From an uncultured Candidatus Poseidoniales archaeon (GTDB taxonomy: Archaea > Thermoplasmatota > Poseidoniia > Poseidoniales > Poseidoniaceae), in contig CAXEMN010000004.1 in the NCBI GenBank assembly GCA_963997415.1, positions 2,969 through 66,968 of the forward strand: a DNA stretch of 64,000 nucleotides. Reading direction: 5' to 3'. The notes beneath the pieces were generated by a model. It was not told the DNA's origin. It did not search any database and saw nothing but the letters and a program-made list of their open reading frames with translations. Numbering within the stretch: position 1 is the first letter of the stretch; the number at the start of each line of letters is the position of its first letter. Both the position numbers and the translations under genes were made by a program. Below, one piece after another: positions 19,339 to 28,613 of this stretch.

Positions 19339-20460
19339 ATGATGACAGAAAAGGTACGCCTTGAGGTCCTCACCACGCCGTCCAACAGGGACGGAGTACG
19401 CCGTCAGATTGAGAAAACAATCGAGACAAACCGTACCAAATTTGACTTTGTCATGAAGCAAGTTCCTCACATGGAAAGTGCCATTGAGACCCTCAAGGAT
19501 GGGAACTGTGATTTCTTAGCCATGAGCGCTCACCAGTGGAGGGACTTAGAGCATAATGGATTGAACATCATTGGTGTTTTGCCTCGAAGAGAACCAACAT
19601 GGGTTCTCGTTTCTGAAGACAAACCAGAATACCTCCAATCAAAAGCCATTGTTGTCTGCGACCACATGCTTTTGCGCCGGCAAATGAGGCGTCTTCGTTC
19701 AGATTTGATATTGATGACCTCGCAAGCATTTGCGGAATCCATAGGCAAGGGCGAGACGTTTGCTCAACTTGATGAGGAGGATCGAGTGCCTTGGCTTGAA
19801 GAGTGTCGACAAGAGGAGATGCTTGATGGCTACATTGTCAATCGAGGAGAACACGCAGCTCTGAAGTTCAAGGCTCGCAGACACACGCTTGGTTTGCAAA
19901 GAGACAATCCAGAACGAACACACTTTGTGCCCCCTCCATTGCATGGTTTTACTCTCTTAGTGGCTCGCAGCGGATTCCCAAGCGCAACCGTACAATCCAT
20001 GTGCGACCAGGGCGCATTCATTGCCCACAGGATGGAAATGGCCTTCCTTGCATCAATTTCGGAAGACCTCCACCCCATCACTGGGATCTTTGTTGAACAA
20101 CGCAAGGTTGCTGCAATTCTTCGTGAAGCCAACCGTTCCAAGGACGAACATACGCTTGAGAGCGTTCTCGATGTTGAACAAAAAATCAAGTTTGCTGGGC
20201 CGAGATTGGAAATGCGAATTGAAACGCTCAACCATCATGGAACAGTCACTGCTGCCGCTGAACGAGTCTGTCTGGTTGAGGAAAGCCACATGGGCATGGT
20301 CAATGTCCTCAAGGAATTCCAAATTCTTCTCGAAACGATGCAAAGCGAGCACGAGGAAATTCCACGCACCCATGCTGGTTTACCAGAGGAGTTCAGTCAC
20401 GCACGAGGCCCACTGTTGGACTTGAGCGTAGTTCATTCTGATTCATTGGAAGAAGAGTGA
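19339..20460 (+). CDS. Divergent porphobilinogen deaminase (HemC)-fold protein, probably not catalytic
   Basis: IETLKDGNCDFLAMSA, GLNIIGVLPRREPTWVLVS, LRRQMRRLRSDL, FVPPPLHG, EMAFLASI align by eye to HemC blocks, but the key residues are missing; GAGGTGA SD. Confidence 0.6.
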   Translation: MMTEKVRLEVLTTPSNRDGVRRQIEKTIETNRTKFDFVMKQVPHMESAIETLKDGNCDFLAMSAHQWRDLEHNGLNIIGVLPRREPTWVLVSEDKPEYLQSKAIVVCDHMLLRRQMRRLRSDLILMTSQAFAESIGKGETFAQLDEEDRVPWLEECRQEEMLDGYIVNRGEHAALKFKARRHTLGLQRDNPERTHFVPPPLHGFTLLVARSGFPSATVQSMCDQGAFIAHRMEMAFLASISEDLHPITGIFVEQRKVAAILREANRSKDEHTLESVLDVEQKIKFAGPRLEMRIETLNHHGTVTAAAERVCLVEESHMGMVNVLKEFQILLETMQSEHEEIPRTHAGLPEEFSHARGPLLDLSVVHSDSLEEE

Positions 20461-21077
20461 GCTTCACCCAGCAGGGCGTTGTATCCCTGTCGTTCGATGT
20501 ATGCTTCAAGTTCAACCATCTCAGCAGGTTGATTTTCCTGACTGAGTTCCATAATCGCATCATCGATTTCACGGCCATGGCGCTCCCATGTGCCTGCAGA
20601 ACGTTGTAAATCTGAGGCAAAACGCTCAACGACTTCGACGGCAGAAAGTGTTGGATTCAAAACAGTGCTCAGCGATTCTACAACCTCACTGTTGGTGCTT
20701 CTGAGTTTAGCAAGACTGTTTGAAAGAGCGACCAATGCCGTACGTAATTCCTCGACATCATTTGATTTGGCGAATTTGCGTTGAGCACGATCTAAGTCCT
20801 TCCTCATTACACCAACACCGGCGATAATGGCCACCTTAGCCTTCGCAGATTGAAGAATGACATCCTCGGCTTGATCAAGTCTCGAAGCAAGGGCTTCCTC
20901 AAAACCAGAGCGTTGTGCGCGAAGGTCTGCGCGAATCATTTCTTTGAGGGATTCAACCATGTCATGTGCATCTTTCAGGCCAGCCTTTGTTGCCTTGACG
21001 TTCTTGCCCATGAACCCTGATTTGGTCGACAGGTTTTGAAGCCATTGGCGTTCATCGAAAGAAGCATCGAATTTCAC
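20433..21077 (-). CDS. Hypothetical all-alpha / coiled-coil protein
   Basis: 214 aa ORF with heptad-like Leu/Ala/Glu/Lys pattern filling the gap; its 3' end overlaps the convergent HemC-like gene by 28 nt. Confidence 0.7.
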   Translation of the reverse strand: MKFDASFDERQWLQNLSTKSGFMGKNVKATKAGLKDAHDMVESLKEMIRADLRAQRSGFEEALASRLDQAEDVILQSAKAKVAIIAGVGVMRKDLDRAQRKFAKSNDVEELRTALVALSNSLAKLRSTNSEVVESLSTVLNPTLSAVEVVERFASDLQRSAGTWERHGREIDDAIMELSQENQPAEMVELEAYIERQGYNALLGEAHSSSNESE

Positions 21078-21180
21078 GCTTGAAGATAAATCATCAGGCT
21101 CCGAAACGGCGATTTAGCCATCGCATCACGGCGAAGGCACATATACCCCTTTGAGCCGAAACCCAAAGGAAGGTGCTGTG

Positions 21181-22962
21181 ATGGTCGACAAGGGCGAACT
21201 CCTATCCGAACTCTATCAAGCACGGTTTGATGGTTTGAAGGAAATCGCTGTGGCCTACAATCTTCCAAAAACTGGTTCAGTTGAAACCTTGAGAGCAAGG
21301 CTGATTCAACACCTCATTCTTGATGAATGGGACCTTTCGCCTGAAGGTATTGGAAACCTCATGAATAACGAATTGGGGGAACTCCTGGGGGTCTTTGGAA
21401 TCAAGAAATCTGGCTCACTTCGTGCACGAAGGCAACGGCTCTACCTCCACCTCAACCATGATGCTAAGCGGCTCATCCCTGAATCTCTTGATTCAATGAC
21501 ACGCGATGAATTACATGCCATGTGTAAAATTCTCGAATTACCTCTTTCTGGTGCAAAGCAGACACTTCTCGTGCGTGTTGCCGGAGTACTGGCCTCCCAA
21601 GATGGGGGATGGGGCAAGGTCAAGAAGAGCCTACGAAGGCCTCGTTCCAACGCCAAAGCACTCCCTTCACCCGCATCGCCTGTACCAAAGCCAAGCGAGC
21701 CGAAAACAAATCCTACTCACGATCATGAAGCAGTGATTGAAGCGGCAGAACATTTTGTTTCCGAACACCCAGAAGGGTGGACGTTCGAAGAAGAAACTGA
21801 ACTCCGAACCGAACTCGCCCAAGAAGGTATTCCGATTTCAAAGGCCCCGATAGCATCCACACTCGATGAAGCTCTGCGCAAGGGCGGTATCGAAGAGACC
21901 GATCTCGCCGAAGCACCGTCCATGGTCCAAGTCGCAGAAGCAGGAAAAGAGGAACACACCCTTGAGGTTGAAGCCTTATTGCTGGACATTAAGGCGCGCT
22001 TGCCGGAGATTGAAGCTGCTGGAAGAGACTTCCTCGCCGTGAGCACCACCAGCGAGCCCGATGACCTCCAAGCGTTCATTCAGAGTCTGAAAAGCCATGG
22101 TTTTGCGACCGATGTTCCTGCTGTACAAGATTCGATTCGAACGACGTTAATGGATCTCGAATTCCGGTCTGAGAGTGAGAAACAAGCAATCCACACCATG
22201 CCAAATTCATGGCGAGAGCGAGAAGCGCTCAGGGTGTTCGAAAACGCTAGAGAAAGCCTCAGAGGTCAACTTGACGATACACTCGCAGCACATAATGGCG
22301 ACTTGGTCAAAGCCCGAATGGCGTTTGAAGACGTCGGACGAACAATGAATCTCGACCTTTCGATACCAAGTGTATCTGGTCGACTTCATGCCCTCTTTGA
22401 TCTGCATGTTGACATCAACCAAGCGCAAGCCCTTCAGGACCCTGCAATCGCTCGAAGAAACCGAATTTTGAGGATCCTCCAGCATGGTGCAGTTCACCTG
22501 AGCAACACTGAACGGAGCACACTCGATCGATTAGAACGAAACATTGCTGCCTTCGAAGAACTTGTTGAGACCATTCTGGAGAGCAGTGAGGGGACGTTCA
22601 GTGAAGCTCAACAGGCGTTAGTCATACGTTTCCTTGAATCACGTGGATATGAAGTGAACACCGTTGATCTCCGCCCACGTATTTTGGCATGTGCTGGAAT
22701 TATTGGAGCCGAACTTGGCTTCATTTCACCTGCAGAAATTCCAAGAATTGCACCAGGAATTATGATTTCAGACACCCAAGTCGATGCGATTGTTGCCGAA
22801 CTCAAAGCCTTGGCTGAGGCGTTCAAGCCCGTTGAAAGGACCGAGATTACTGAGCCTGAGATGGAAATTGCTTCATCGGTCGCAGATGCTTCTGACCGAC
22901 TCAAGTCTGCCCGCAGCAAAATCGATCATATCGATGATTTACTCGCACGTTTGCGAGGATAA
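21181..22962 (+). CDS. Protein with three N-terminal SAP/HeH-like motifs and a long acidic helical C-terminal region
   Basis: LKEIAVAYNLPKTGSVETLRARL; ELGELLGVFGIKKSGSLRARRQRL; MTRDELHAMCKILELPLSGAKQTLLVRV; followed by a Pro/Lys linker. Confidence 0.75.
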   Translation: MVDKGELLSELYQARFDGLKEIAVAYNLPKTGSVETLRARLIQHLILDEWDLSPEGIGNLMNNELGELLGVFGIKKSGSLRARRQRLYLHLNHDAKRLIPESLDSMTRDELHAMCKILELPLSGAKQTLLVRVAGVLASQDGGWGKVKKSLRRPRSNAKALPSPASPVPKPSEPKTNPTHDHEAVIEAAEHFVSEHPEGWTFEEETELRTELAQEGIPISKAPIASTLDEALRKGGIEETDLAEAPSMVQVAEAGKEEHTLEVEALLLDIKARLPEIEAAGRDFLAVSTTSEPDDLQAFIQSLKSHGFATDVPAVQDSIRTTLMDLEFRSESEKQAIHTMPNSWREREALRVFENARESLRGQLDDTLAAHNGDLVKARMAFEDVGRTMNLDLSIPSVSGRLHALFDLHVDINQAQALQDPAIARRNRILRILQHGAVHLSNTERSTLDRLERNIAAFEELVETILESSEGTFSEAQQALVIRFLESRGYEVNTVDLRPRILACAGIIGAELGFISPAEIPRIAPGIMISDTQVDAIVAELKALAEAFKPVERTEITEPEMEIASSVADASDRLKSARSKIDHIDDLLARLRG

Positions 22963-24201
22963 TCAGCGGCTTGCGTAGAAACTCTGGATGAGTTTTGTGA
23001 CCCTTTGAATGTCATTGATGTCTCTTGAGATCATGTCTCTAAGAATTTCTTCTCGTTGAGTGACATGCTGTTCGAAGACATCTGGAGAAATTCCTGCAGC
23101 TTTGCAGATAGTTTCACGTAGTTTGGATGGAATTCCCGTTTCCTCAATTCGATCGGTTGCAGCGTTGTACTTCCAAATAATGTTCAAGCGGGGTTTGTCA
23201 CCCTCCATTCCTGCCACCTCTGCTACTTCAGTAATCTTACGAGCGGTTTTCCCGTTGACGTGAAGACGTGCCTGGATGATGATGAGATCAAGACCACTCA
23301 ACATGATTGGAGGGACGCTCATTGGAGGGTTGATCATCCGTGTCACGGTCTCCTGAGCTGTATTAGCGTGCAGGGAACCGAACGAGCCATCGTGGCCCGT
23401 GTTCATTGCAGTGAGAAGCGTCGCCGCTTCAGGGCCACGCACTTCACCCACAATGATTCGGTCAGGGCGCATTCGCAAACTGGATTTCAGGCAGTCGTTC
23501 ATGTCAATTTCTGAAGTTCCATCTGGGCGTTCTCGGCGTGTTTCCATTCGTAGCCAGTGGTCGTGATAGACTTGCAATTCAGCCGTGTCTTCCACTGTGA
23601 GCAGGCGTCGGTGCCATGGAATGTACATTCCAAGACAGTTGAGCGTTGTCGTTTTACCAGAACCTGTACCACCCGCAATGACAAAGTTTGCAGGGCGACT
23701 ATCGAGGCCTTCAATCCAAACCCACATCATTGCAGCGAGGCGGGTATTCACCGTTCCGAACTTAATCAAATCAATCATTGTCAATGGATCTTCCTTGAAC
23801 TTACGAATCGTGAGGGTTGGTCCGTCAGGTGAGACTGGTGGAATGGTTCCATTGACACGGGAACCATCATGAAGACGACCGTCGAAAATTGGAACCATGC
23901 CCGGTCCGTCCCCAAGTGGGACATTCGTATAGGAAGCAATATTCTTGGCAATTTGCAATCCAGATTCATTATCGATGATCAGATTGGTTCGACACATACC
24001 GAACTTTCGGTGTGCAACCTTGACCTCTTGTTCCCCACCGTTGTACATGACTTCTTCCAAATTATCGTCATCGAGGAGAAGTTGCAAGTCGCCATGTGGA
24101 TTGGGTTCAGCAACCCCGTCTACATGGTAAATTGGCGAGGGGTGGTTGCCTTCAGTGTAAATCGTCACTCTTCCGTACTGCTCTAAAATTGTTTGAGACA
24201 T
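22963..24201 (-). CDS. CpaF/TadA/VirB11-family pilus assembly ATPase
   Basis: GGTGSGKTTTLN; VEDTAEL; SLRMRPDRIIVGEVRG; AMNTGHDGSFGSLHAN. Confidence 0.93.
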   Translation of the reverse strand: MSQTILEQYGRVTIYTEGNHPSPIYHVDGVAEPNPHGDLQLLLDDDNLEEVMYNGGEQEVKVAHRKFGMCRTNLIIDNESGLQIAKNIASYTNVPLGDGPGMVPIFDGRLHDGSRVNGTIPPVSPDGPTLTIRKFKEDPLTMIDLIKFGTVNTRLAAMMWVWIEGLDSRPANFVIAGGTGSGKTTTLNCLGMYIPWHRRLLTVEDTAELQVYHDHWLRMETRRERPDGTSEIDMNDCLKSSLRMRPDRIIVGEVRGPEAATLLTAMNTGHDGSFGSLHANTAQETVTRMINPPMSVPPIMLSGLDLIIIQARLHVNGKTARKITEVAEVAGMEGDKPRLNIIWKYNAATDRIEETGIPSKLRETICKAAGISPDVFEQHVTQREEILRDMISRDINDIQRVTKLIQSFYASR

Positions 24202-24204
24202 TAT

Positions 24205-24936
24205 TCATCCTCCAATCATCACTACTGCACCGAGGTAAAGGCCCATGGACAAAGCAATCCAAAGTGGCATCCACCATAGTGCGTCTTTGAAGCGCCCTAA
24301 CATGCGTCCTGAAACACCGAGAGCAACCGCTGATGCGGCTCCAAAGAAGAGAGAAAAGGTTTGATTGAAACTGTCAATCTGAAAACCACTGGAAGCTGGG
24401 GCGAACAGCCCGACAATGAAAGCGATCAATACAGGGAGTCCGACGGATACGAACATGACGATAAGAAGCCCCCGTCCAAGAAGTTCTTCTTCACGTGTGT
24501 TCATCAAATCGTTCAAGCGTTCGTAATCCATAGCGAGGTCTGAAAGGATTTGTTGCAGAGGTGCATCCTGCTCAATAGCGGTTTCAATCAACACCATCAC
24601 CCTTTGAACCTGAGAGGAACGAGTCTTGGCTGCAAAAGCCGATAGTGCTGCTTCGAACGAAGAAGAATGGCTCTCTTCGAGGGTTTCAAGGAGGAGTTTA
24701 CCAAGTGGCCCGGGGACGTTTCGAGATTGTTCCATCATGGCTTCTTGAATACCTCGACCTGCGCCAACGGTATCCGAGAGCCCTTCGAGCAGGCCAGGAA
24801 GTGCGTTCTCTATAGAGCGGCGTCTTTTGCGCTCCATCATAGGAGGAATGCCGCCTGCTGCACAAGCAATACCGATCACAGAGAGGTAAAGGAGGAGCGG
24901 ACTTCCATTAAAGGTCTCAAGCAATCCAAAAATCAT
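24205..24936 (-). CDS. Type II secretion F / TadC-like pilus platform membrane protein
   Basis: IENALPGLLEGLSDTVGAGRGIQEAM; FEAALSAFA; several TM helices; adjacent to the ATPase. Confidence 0.85.
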   Translation of the reverse strand: MIFGLLETFNGSPLLLYLSVIGIACAAGGIPPMMERKRRRSIENALPGLLEGLSDTVGAGRGIQEAMMEQSRNVPGPLGKLLLETLEESHSSSFEAALSAFAAKTRSSQVQRVMVLIETAIEQDAPLQQILSDLAMDYERLNDLMNTREEELLGRGLLIVMFVSVGLPVLIAFIVGLFAPASSGFQIDSFNQTFSLFFGAASAVALGVSGRMLGRFKDALWWMPLWIALSMGLYLGAVVMIGG

Positions 24937-24940
24937 CGAA

Positions 24941-25522
24941 TCACAACCCTGGGTCCTTTGTATGTGCTTTCAGACCAATTAACATCATGCCAATCAACGT
25001 GAAGACGAGACCGCCATTGACAACGGAATTGATCATGCCTTGATCGATCGAACCGACAATGGCTTCAGCACCATCACCAAGCAATTGTGGGACCAATCCA
25101 ACAATGGCGAGAATAATTGGTCCAATCATACCAATTGAGAGCAGGGTTTCAGGAACCGCACCGAGTTCCTCGATGTATTTCTTTACCGATTCAGTTCGCT
25201 CATTTTCCATCCTGACGCCTTGCTTTCTCAAGGTTTCAACGATGTCTGTGTTCTGTGTAACGTTGGAATACATAGTGTTGAGAAGACGTCGGTAGCCTTC
25301 GGATTCTGCTTTTTTCAGCAACACTTTGAGTTCTTTATCCAAACCACCAGAGGTTCCTTTGCGTAATCGCTTCATCATCGACGAAAAATCCTCAGAAATA
25401 ACGCCGTAGCCTCCGCTCCCAATCGTGTGAATAGCAGCTTCAAGACCAACACCTGATGACATTAAGACGTCGAGTGTGCGGATGACGTAGAGAATTTCTC
25501 TCTGCTCGTCTAACTTCCGCAT
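24941..25522 (-). CDS. Type II secretion F / TadB-like pilus platform membrane protein
   Basis: LMSSGVGLEAAI...YGVISEDF; two C-terminal TM helices; GAGGTGA SD before ATG 25522. Confidence 0.82.
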   Translation of the reverse strand: MRKLDEQREILYVIRTLDVLMSSGVGLEAAIHTIGSGGYGVISEDFSSMMKRLRKGTSGGLDKELKVLLKKAESEGYRRLLNTMYSNVTQNTDIVETLRKQGVRMENERTESVKKYIEELGAVPETLLSIGMIGPIILAIVGLVPQLLGDGAEAIVGSIDQGMINSVVNGGLVFTLIGMMLIGLKAHTKDPGL

Positions 25523-25532
25523 CAAGTTCACC

Positions 25533-25886
25533 TCAAACAATATCTTCAATCAATTCAAACATGAAGGCCTCGCTTGTGCCTTCGTATTCCATTGCAGCAA
25601 ACAGAACTTTGACGTCCCGTTCTTCAAATGGATCGTGAATGTATGGTTGTCCACTTCTGAACATGCTTAGAATTCGCTTGTAATTCTCAAGATCGACTTC
25701 ACCTCTCACGGTGTAGACCGTTGATTCAGAGCCCTCGTCATGGAGGTTGTCGCCCTCTTCGCCACGAATGATGGTTCGTGTCAGTCTTCGGGTCAATCGT
25801 ACGTGAATATCACAATTTGGAATTCGTACCCAATCGGAACTTGTTGTCCCAGTTGCGGGACGAATAAAGAAATCTAATCCAGCCAT
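25533..25886 (-). CDS. Hypothetical protein resembling the phage tail-tube-initiator / Mu DNA-circulation N-terminal fold
   Basis: 117 aa; RRLTRTIIRGEEGDNLHDEGSESTVYTVRG...PYIHDPF...FELIE. The ORF is credible; the fold call is a by-eye resemblance. Confidence 0.55.
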   Translation of the reverse strand: MAGLDFFIRPATGTTSSDWVRIPNCDIHVRLTRRLTRTIIRGEEGDNLHDEGSESTVYTVRGEVDLENYKRILSMFRSGQPYIHDPFEERDVKVLFAAMEYEGTSEAFMFELIEDIV

Positions 25887-25949
25887 GCAGTTGACCCCTG
25901 TGCTTTGCACATCACTGAGAAGGTCTTCAATGTTGGGGGGAGAAACAAA

Positions 25950-26879
25950 TCAGGATACGATTCTAAACCAGCCAAATCGAGGCTCGTGAAGAGTGCCTTC
26001 ATTGGACAATTCATCCAATTTCGATTCTGCCAACTGACGATCGATTCCACGAGCATCTGCATTGGTCAAGACGGTCTCAAAATCAACTCCATCACCCTGG
26101 TCAAGTTGAGCGATAATAGCGACGAGCGTCTCTTTGACATCATCTTCATCAGATGCATCGCTCGAATCAGAACTTTCCAGAGTCGTTTGTGGCGCAGGTG
26201 CCGGTTGGCTCGCAGCATCCATTCGTCCTTCAGCGATATCAAGCGCTTGCATCACATTGAGCGTATAGGTCTCAGTGTCAAATTCGCCATAGTGGTTCCT
26301 TGAAAGGAGGAGCCCGTCAATCATGTGTTCTGGGACACCAGCTGCTTTCAGGCCCTCTTGGGTCGGTTCTGCAGAAAGTGAATCATTATGGATTTTCATT
26401 CGCTGAAGTGTACCTTCAGATGCTCGTGTCAGCCAGAGTGCGTATGTTTTCGCATCAATTTCACAGGCTTCTTCGGGACGAAGAGAAGTGTACACTGCAC
26501 CTTCATCTGTTTGATACCAGCGTGATTTTGCGGTCATCAACAAAAGCACAGGTTCACCGACTTCCGTTTTCTCGACGAGCGAAAGCGTAAGTTCCCTCAT
26601 CGATTCCGAGGCGTAATCACCTACGGAGAAGTAATGCAAGCCCGATGGATCTCGCATTTGCCCTTGATAGAGCGTTGAGCCGTTGGATGTTTCTCGAACT
26701 TCAAGACGTTCCAAAAGGCCTGCTACGATGACACGATTGACCTTTGCACCAAGTTTTGTGATCACAAAGGATGGGTCATATTCGCCAGATCCCTTCTCAT
26801 TGAGGGTCGCTTCACTGAATTCAGAAGCGAGCATGTGCCATGCTGGTTGTCGTCGTACTCGACCGCCTGATTGCATCAT
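25950..26879 (-). CDS. RPA2/RPA-associated OB-fold protein with C-terminal winged helix
   Basis: PSFVITKLGAKVNRVIVAG; DPSG; SLRPEE; C-terminal 'LDELSNEGTLHEPRFGWFR'; ATGA overlap with RPA1. Confidence 0.88.
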   Translation of the reverse strand: MMQSGGRVRRQPAWHMLASEFSEATLNEKGSGEYDPSFVITKLGAKVNRVIVAGLLERLEVRETSNGSTLYQGQMRDPSGLHYFSVGDYASESMRELTLSLVEKTEVGEPVLLLMTAKSRWYQTDEGAVYTSLRPEEACEIDAKTYALWLTRASEGTLQRMKIHNDSLSAEPTQEGLKAAGVPEHMIDGLLLSRNHYGEFDTETYTLNVMQALDIAEGRMDAASQPAPAPQTTLESSDSSDASDEDDVKETLVAIIAQLDQGDGVDFETVLTNADARGIDRQLAESKLDELSNEGTLHEPRFGWFRIVS

Positions 26880-28570
26880 GCCACCCCCCAGTGAGCACGG
26901 AGTTCAGTTGCCCGCATTCCTGCGTCTTCCTCCATGATACTCGCACCGTCGGCAAGCATCATTGCACCTTGTTCATCGACAATAGTGCGACCTGTTGCTT
27001 TGACCATACGTCCAAGCAGTTTGCTTCGTAGAGATTGGACAAAGGCCATCTGACCATCTTCTTCAACGGCGGCTTTCATCTGATCCTCGTCCATGCCTAA
27101 GAGTTCAAGCGTAGCGGCTTTGTTTGTCAGCAACGAAACACTGGAACGGCCATCGTCCATGACCAGCCTCAAACGGATATCGCTGTTCCCGTTGTTTGGC
27201 CCATGTTCTGCACATGCGCCTTCACGGAGCACTCTTCGGCATTCAGTACAACGTAGAATGAAACCTGAATCCTCGCGAACACTCACAATAATTGCGCAAG
27301 TGGAAACGCCGACACGGCTGCTTCCGTTGGCCAGGTCATGGAGTTCAACCTCGGCTGTATGATTGGTCAAATCAAGGGCATCATCCCAAGGTGTTGATTC
27401 AAGGATTTCCACCTGGTCCGTGTTGTCAACGGTGATGTCTGGAATACCTTGCCAAGCCCGAACACGTACGCCCTTAAGCCGGACGGTCACGGGAAGTTGA
27501 TCTTCTGAAATCGGCAATTCGCTCCATGCACTCATTCGACAGCGCCCGGTTGGGTCTGCAATTTGCCCCGACCACAAGAAGCGTTCTTCACCGTCTCGGG
27601 TGAAGGACCTCTTTGCCCATTCAGTAATTTGAACGACGGCGTCAACGTCCCGGGCACCATCTCGTAAGTCGGAGATTGTAAGGACGGTTTGCTGAGACAA
27701 CGATTCGGCGTCTGCAAAATTCTTGTCATGGAAAATCTCAACCTTCGTTGTTCGACCGAAATTGAGCTCGGGCGTGTCCCTAAAGGTTCGTACCTGAGCA
27801 CCATCAATTTTCAGTAAGCTGCCAACTTGGTGTTCAAATGGTTCCCAAGAAAGGAAGCCAATTGTACCAGTTTCGTCAGCGATTCTACCTCTCACGATGT
27901 CAATTGAACCTGATCCATCTTTTTTGTGGATTTGGTCAGGTCGAGAGGCAAGGATGCGTCCGACAACACAGACGTATCCATCGCTTGGCAACGTATTGAT
28001 GTCTTGTGGCTCACCGGGTGCTACAACGGGGCGTGTGCCCTCACGTACCACGGCGATGCGTGTTGATTGGTTGATGTTCAGCGACATTCGTCCTTGGTAT
28101 TCATTCACTGAGGCGCCCTCAATTCGAACGATTGAACCTGGAGCAAGGTTTGCACTTGGGCCCCAGTCTTTGTATTCCCAACGTGTCTTTTCTCCTTTCT
28201 CTTCCCAAGGATTGTCTTCGAGAAGCCCAAATGCAATTTGCTTTTGTTCACCACGAATGGTTTGCTCACGCATGTTGTGGGAGATGATTTCGACTTCGAT
28301 TTCGACGTCCTTATCATTGCCATTCAATTCACTCAATTTGCTGACTTTCTTCGTGTTCCTCGGTGAAGATGTTCCACCTTGTGAGGGGCTGCGATTTGTT
28401 GGAACTGATTTTTCTCCTTTGAAACGACGAAGGATTGAACGCATGGCATCTTGAGGTGGAATGTAAAATTCTGTCTCGTATTTTGCAAAGGCTTCAGCGA
28501 TCTCCTTTGGATCTGCATCTGGACATTCTGACAAAATTGCCTTGACGTGAGTTTCATACTTTTCAGACAT
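26876..28570 (-). CDS. rpa: Replication protein A large subunit (multi-OB fold, zinc finger)
   Basis: OB repeats (GRIADETGTI, GQIADPTGRC, LVMDDG); CTECRRV...CAEH zinc finger. Confidence 0.92.
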   Translation of the reverse strand: MSEKYETHVKAILSECPDADPKEIAEAFAKYETEFYIPPQDAMRSILRRFKGEKSVPTNRSPSQGGTSSPRNTKKVSKLSELNGNDKDVEIEVEIISHNMREQTIRGEQKQIAFGLLEDNPWEEKGEKTRWEYKDWGPSANLAPGSIVRIEGASVNEYQGRMSLNINQSTRIAVVREGTRPVVAPGEPQDINTLPSDGYVCVVGRILASRPDQIHKKDGSGSIDIVRGRIADETGTIGFLSWEPFEHQVGSLLKIDGAQVRTFRDTPELNFGRTTKVEIFHDKNFADAESLSQQTVLTISDLRDGARDVDAVVQITEWAKRSFTRDGEERFLWSGQIADPTGRCRMSAWSELPISEDQLPVTVRLKGVRVRAWQGIPDITVDNTDQVEILESTPWDDALDLTNHTAEVELHDLANGSSRVGVSTCAIIVSVREDSGFILRCTECRRVLREGACAEHGPNNGNSDIRLRLVMDDGRSSVSLLTNKAATLELLGMDEDQMKAAVEEDGQMAFVQSLRSKLLGRMVKATGRTIVDEQGAMMLADGASIMEEDAGMRATELRAHWGVA

Positions 28571-28581
28571 GAGCTAATCCC

Positions 28582-28613
28582 CCGTCAGGCGTTTTCGATT
28601 GATGCCTGTACGG
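28582..28613 (-). promoter_or_regulatory. Stem-loop in the rpa 5' leader, overlapping the SD-like sequence
   Basis: mRNA sense CCGU-A-CAGGC...GCCUG-ACGG, then GGAUUAGCUC-AUG. Confidence 0.4.
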
